Shown here piece after piece: positions 62,392 to 64,000 of a stretch of DNA of 64,000 nt (its first letter is position 1; each line of letters starts with the position of its first letter). Origin of the DNA: an uncultured Pseudomonadota bacterium (GTDB taxonomy: Bacteria > Pseudomonadota > Gammaproteobacteria > Burkholderiales > JALYOK01). A program made the position numbers and the translations under genes. The stretch is taken from contig CAWJAF010000004.1 in the NCBI GenBank assembly GCA_963840785.1, positions 273,100 to 337,099 on the forward strand, read 5' to 3'. Below the pieces are notes generated by a model. It saw nothing but the letters and a program-made list of their open reading frames with translations, was not told the origin of the DNA and searched no databases.

Positions 62392-64000
62392 TAATAACGA
62401 ACCTGTACGTTGTCGGCGCTGAGCCATTGAGTAAGTGAGGCGAGTAACGCGTCGCTGAGTTTTGCCGAACCGATCTCCATTTCGCATAGCGCGTCACGAT
62501 TGCGATAGGCGATTCGGACGGCACAGCGACCGGGCATGTGCGGTTTGATCATTTGCGCGAGGCGCGCGGCGTCGGCTTGGCCGTTGAATGATAGCTTGAG
62601 CTCGCGTGCATATTCGTCCCGTACTTTGCTCAGATCGAACAGTTGCTCCGCGGTAACGCGCAAGCCACCGGAAAATTGATCTTCCGCCACACGACCGTAT
62701 ATGAACAGCAATTGATCTTCTTTGACCAGATGGCGATGGCTTTCCCAAATTTCGTTGAACACGACGACTTCTATTTTCGCCGAGCTGTCGTCGAGCGTGA
62801 TGATCGACATGCGCCCGCGCCGGGTTTGTTGGATGCGAATGCCGTAAACGATTCCCGCGAGTAACACCGGCTCTTGTTGCGGTTTCATTTCCGCAAGCGG
62901 GCGGCGCACCAACGTTGTCAACTCACTGCGATATTGATCGAATGGATGCCCACTTAAATAAAAACCAATGGCAGCCTTTTCATGTTGCAATCGCTCGCTA
63001 TCGGGCCACGACGAAACGGTGAAATATTGAAGAGCTTGTAACGCTGCACTGCCGTTGTCCTCGCCAAATAGGCTTGTTTGCATCTCATTTCGGCTGAGCT
63101 GCTGCGCGTTCTCCAAGGCCATGCCGAGGCTGGCAAATAGCTGCGCGCGATTGGCATGAAGGCTGTCGAAAGCGCCGCCGCGGATGAGCGATTCCATCGC
63201 ACGCCGATTGACGATGCGCTTGTCAACGCGATTGCAAAAGTCGAACAAGTCGCGATAGGCCCCGCCCACTTGTCGCTGCTTCACGATTTCCAAAATCGCC
63301 GATTCGCCGGTGCCCTTGATTGCACCCAGGCCGTAACGAATGGCATTTCCGCTAACCGGCACGAATCGGTAGTTGCCGAGGTTAATGTCCGGCGGCAGTA
63401 CTTCCAATTTGTTTGCGACGGTGTCCTCATACAGTGCTTGCACCTTGTCGGTATCATCCATCGCAGCACTCAAGTTTCCGGCCATGAACGCCGCGGGGAA
63501 GTGCGCTTTCAAATACGCCGTCTGGTAAGCAAGCAGAGCATAAGCTGCGGCGTGGGATTTGTTGAATCCATAGCCCGCAAATTTTTCCATGAGGTCGAAC
63601 ACTTCGTCGGCCTTGTTTTCGCTTAGTCCATTATTCTTCGCGCCGTCACGGAACAAAGTTCGGTGTTGCGCCATTTCCTCCGGTTTCTTTTTGCCCATCG
63701 CGCGGCGCAATAAGTCCGCGCCACCCAACGAGTAACCGCCGATGATTTGCGCCATCTGCATGACTTGCTCTTGATAGACCATAATGCCGTAAGTCTCTGC
63801 GAGAATGCCCTCGACGCGCGGATCGGGATAGTCGATTCGCTGACGACCATGTTTTCGTTCGCAGAAATCGGGAATCAAATCCATCGGACCTGGGCGATAA
63901 AGCGCCACGAGCGCAATGATGTCCTCGAAGCGATCGGGCTTCGCTTTGAGTAACATGTCGCGCATGCCGCGACTTTCCAACTGGAATACAGCCGAGGTAT
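62391..64000 (-). CDS. dnaE: DNA polymerase III alpha subunit, C-terminal part (gene continues beyond window)
   Basis: Finger/beta-binding/OB-fold region: ALYRPGPMD, FNKSHAAAYALLAYQTAYLKAHFPAAF and an OB domain. The ORF is open to the window edge. Confidence 0.95.
   Translation of the reverse strand, partial: TSAVFQLESRGMRDMLLKAKPDRFEDIIALVALYRPGPMDLIPDFCERKHGRQRIDYPDPRVEGILAETYGIMVYQEQVMQMAQIIGGYSLGGADLLRRAMGKKKPEEMAQHRTLFRDGAKNNGLSENKADEVFDLMEKFAGYGFNKSHAAAYALLAYQTAYLKAHFPAAFMAGNLSAAMDDTDKVQALYEDTVANKLEVLPPDINLGNYRFVPVSGNAIRYGLGAIKGTGESAILEIVKQRQVGGAYRDLFDFCNRVDKRIVNRRAMESLIRGGAFDSLHANRAQLFASLGMALENAQQLSRNEMQTSLFGEDNGSAALQALQYFTVSSWPDSERLQHEKAAIGFYLSGHPFDQYRSELTTLVRRPLAEMKPQQEPVLLAGIVYGIRIQQTRRGRMSIITLDDSSAKIEVVVFNEIWESHRHLVKEDQLLFIYGRVAEDQFSGGLRVTAEQLFDLSKVRDEYARELKLSFNGQADAARLAQMIKPHMPGRCAVRIAYRNRDALCEMEIGSAKLSDALLASLTQWLSADNVQVRY

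Overview
The window is a core chromosomal segment of a Pseudomonas-like gammaproteobacterium. I judge this from gene order only; I ran no database search. I count about 75 genes.

Conserved syntenic blocks:
- valS end and PPK2.
- A minus-strand string: iorA, iorB, amidase, DEDDh exonuclease, earP, efp.
- A TRAP transporter (dctQM and dctP) plus GGT.
- nrdA, kbp, a GIY-YIG orf, nrdB.
- ampD, pilR, pilS, a PP0621-family gene, tRNA-Pro(CGG), ispB, divergent from rplU-rpmA-obg-proB.
- A NarL-type two-component pair.
- yebC, DUF2059, ruvCAB, ybgC, tolQRA, a cupin gene, tolB, pal, cpoB, a MetE-like gene.
- DUF853, a hydrolase, slmA, pilU, an NRDE-family gene, dapE, prmB.
- rluB, scpB, scpA.
- An ATP-grasp gene, wbuC and the 3' part of dnaE.

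I found no CRISPR array, prophage, integrase or rRNA. I found no convincing novel multi-gene defence system.

The only clearly accessory or mobile material is:
- a RAYT transposase flanked by three REP copies (17.4-18.2 kb);
- next to it, an AT-rich decayed Abi-like membrane gene;
- an orphan ATP-grasp gene (60.7-61.9 kb).

Most noteworthy observations:
1. At least 13 single-base frame breaks hit mostly indispensable genes: nrdA four times, ispB twice, iorB twice, and rpmA, ruvB, pilS, pilR and the amidase once each. These look like assembly indels rather than biology.
2. Ribosomal protein L21 is fused to a ~100-aa helix-hairpin-helix extension.
3. The Tol-Pal cluster is remodelled. A ChrR-like cupin gene sits between tolA and tolB. 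TolA carries a very long K/E repeat domain. Pal and CpoB have expanded low-complexity linkers.
4. A stand-alone GIY-YIG (UvrC-N-like) orf and kbp are wedged between nrdA and nrdB.
5. The TRAP DctM permease has a repeat-bearing hydrophilic tail.

All functional calls come from motif and sequence recognition by eye and should be confirmed by HMM or BLAST searches.
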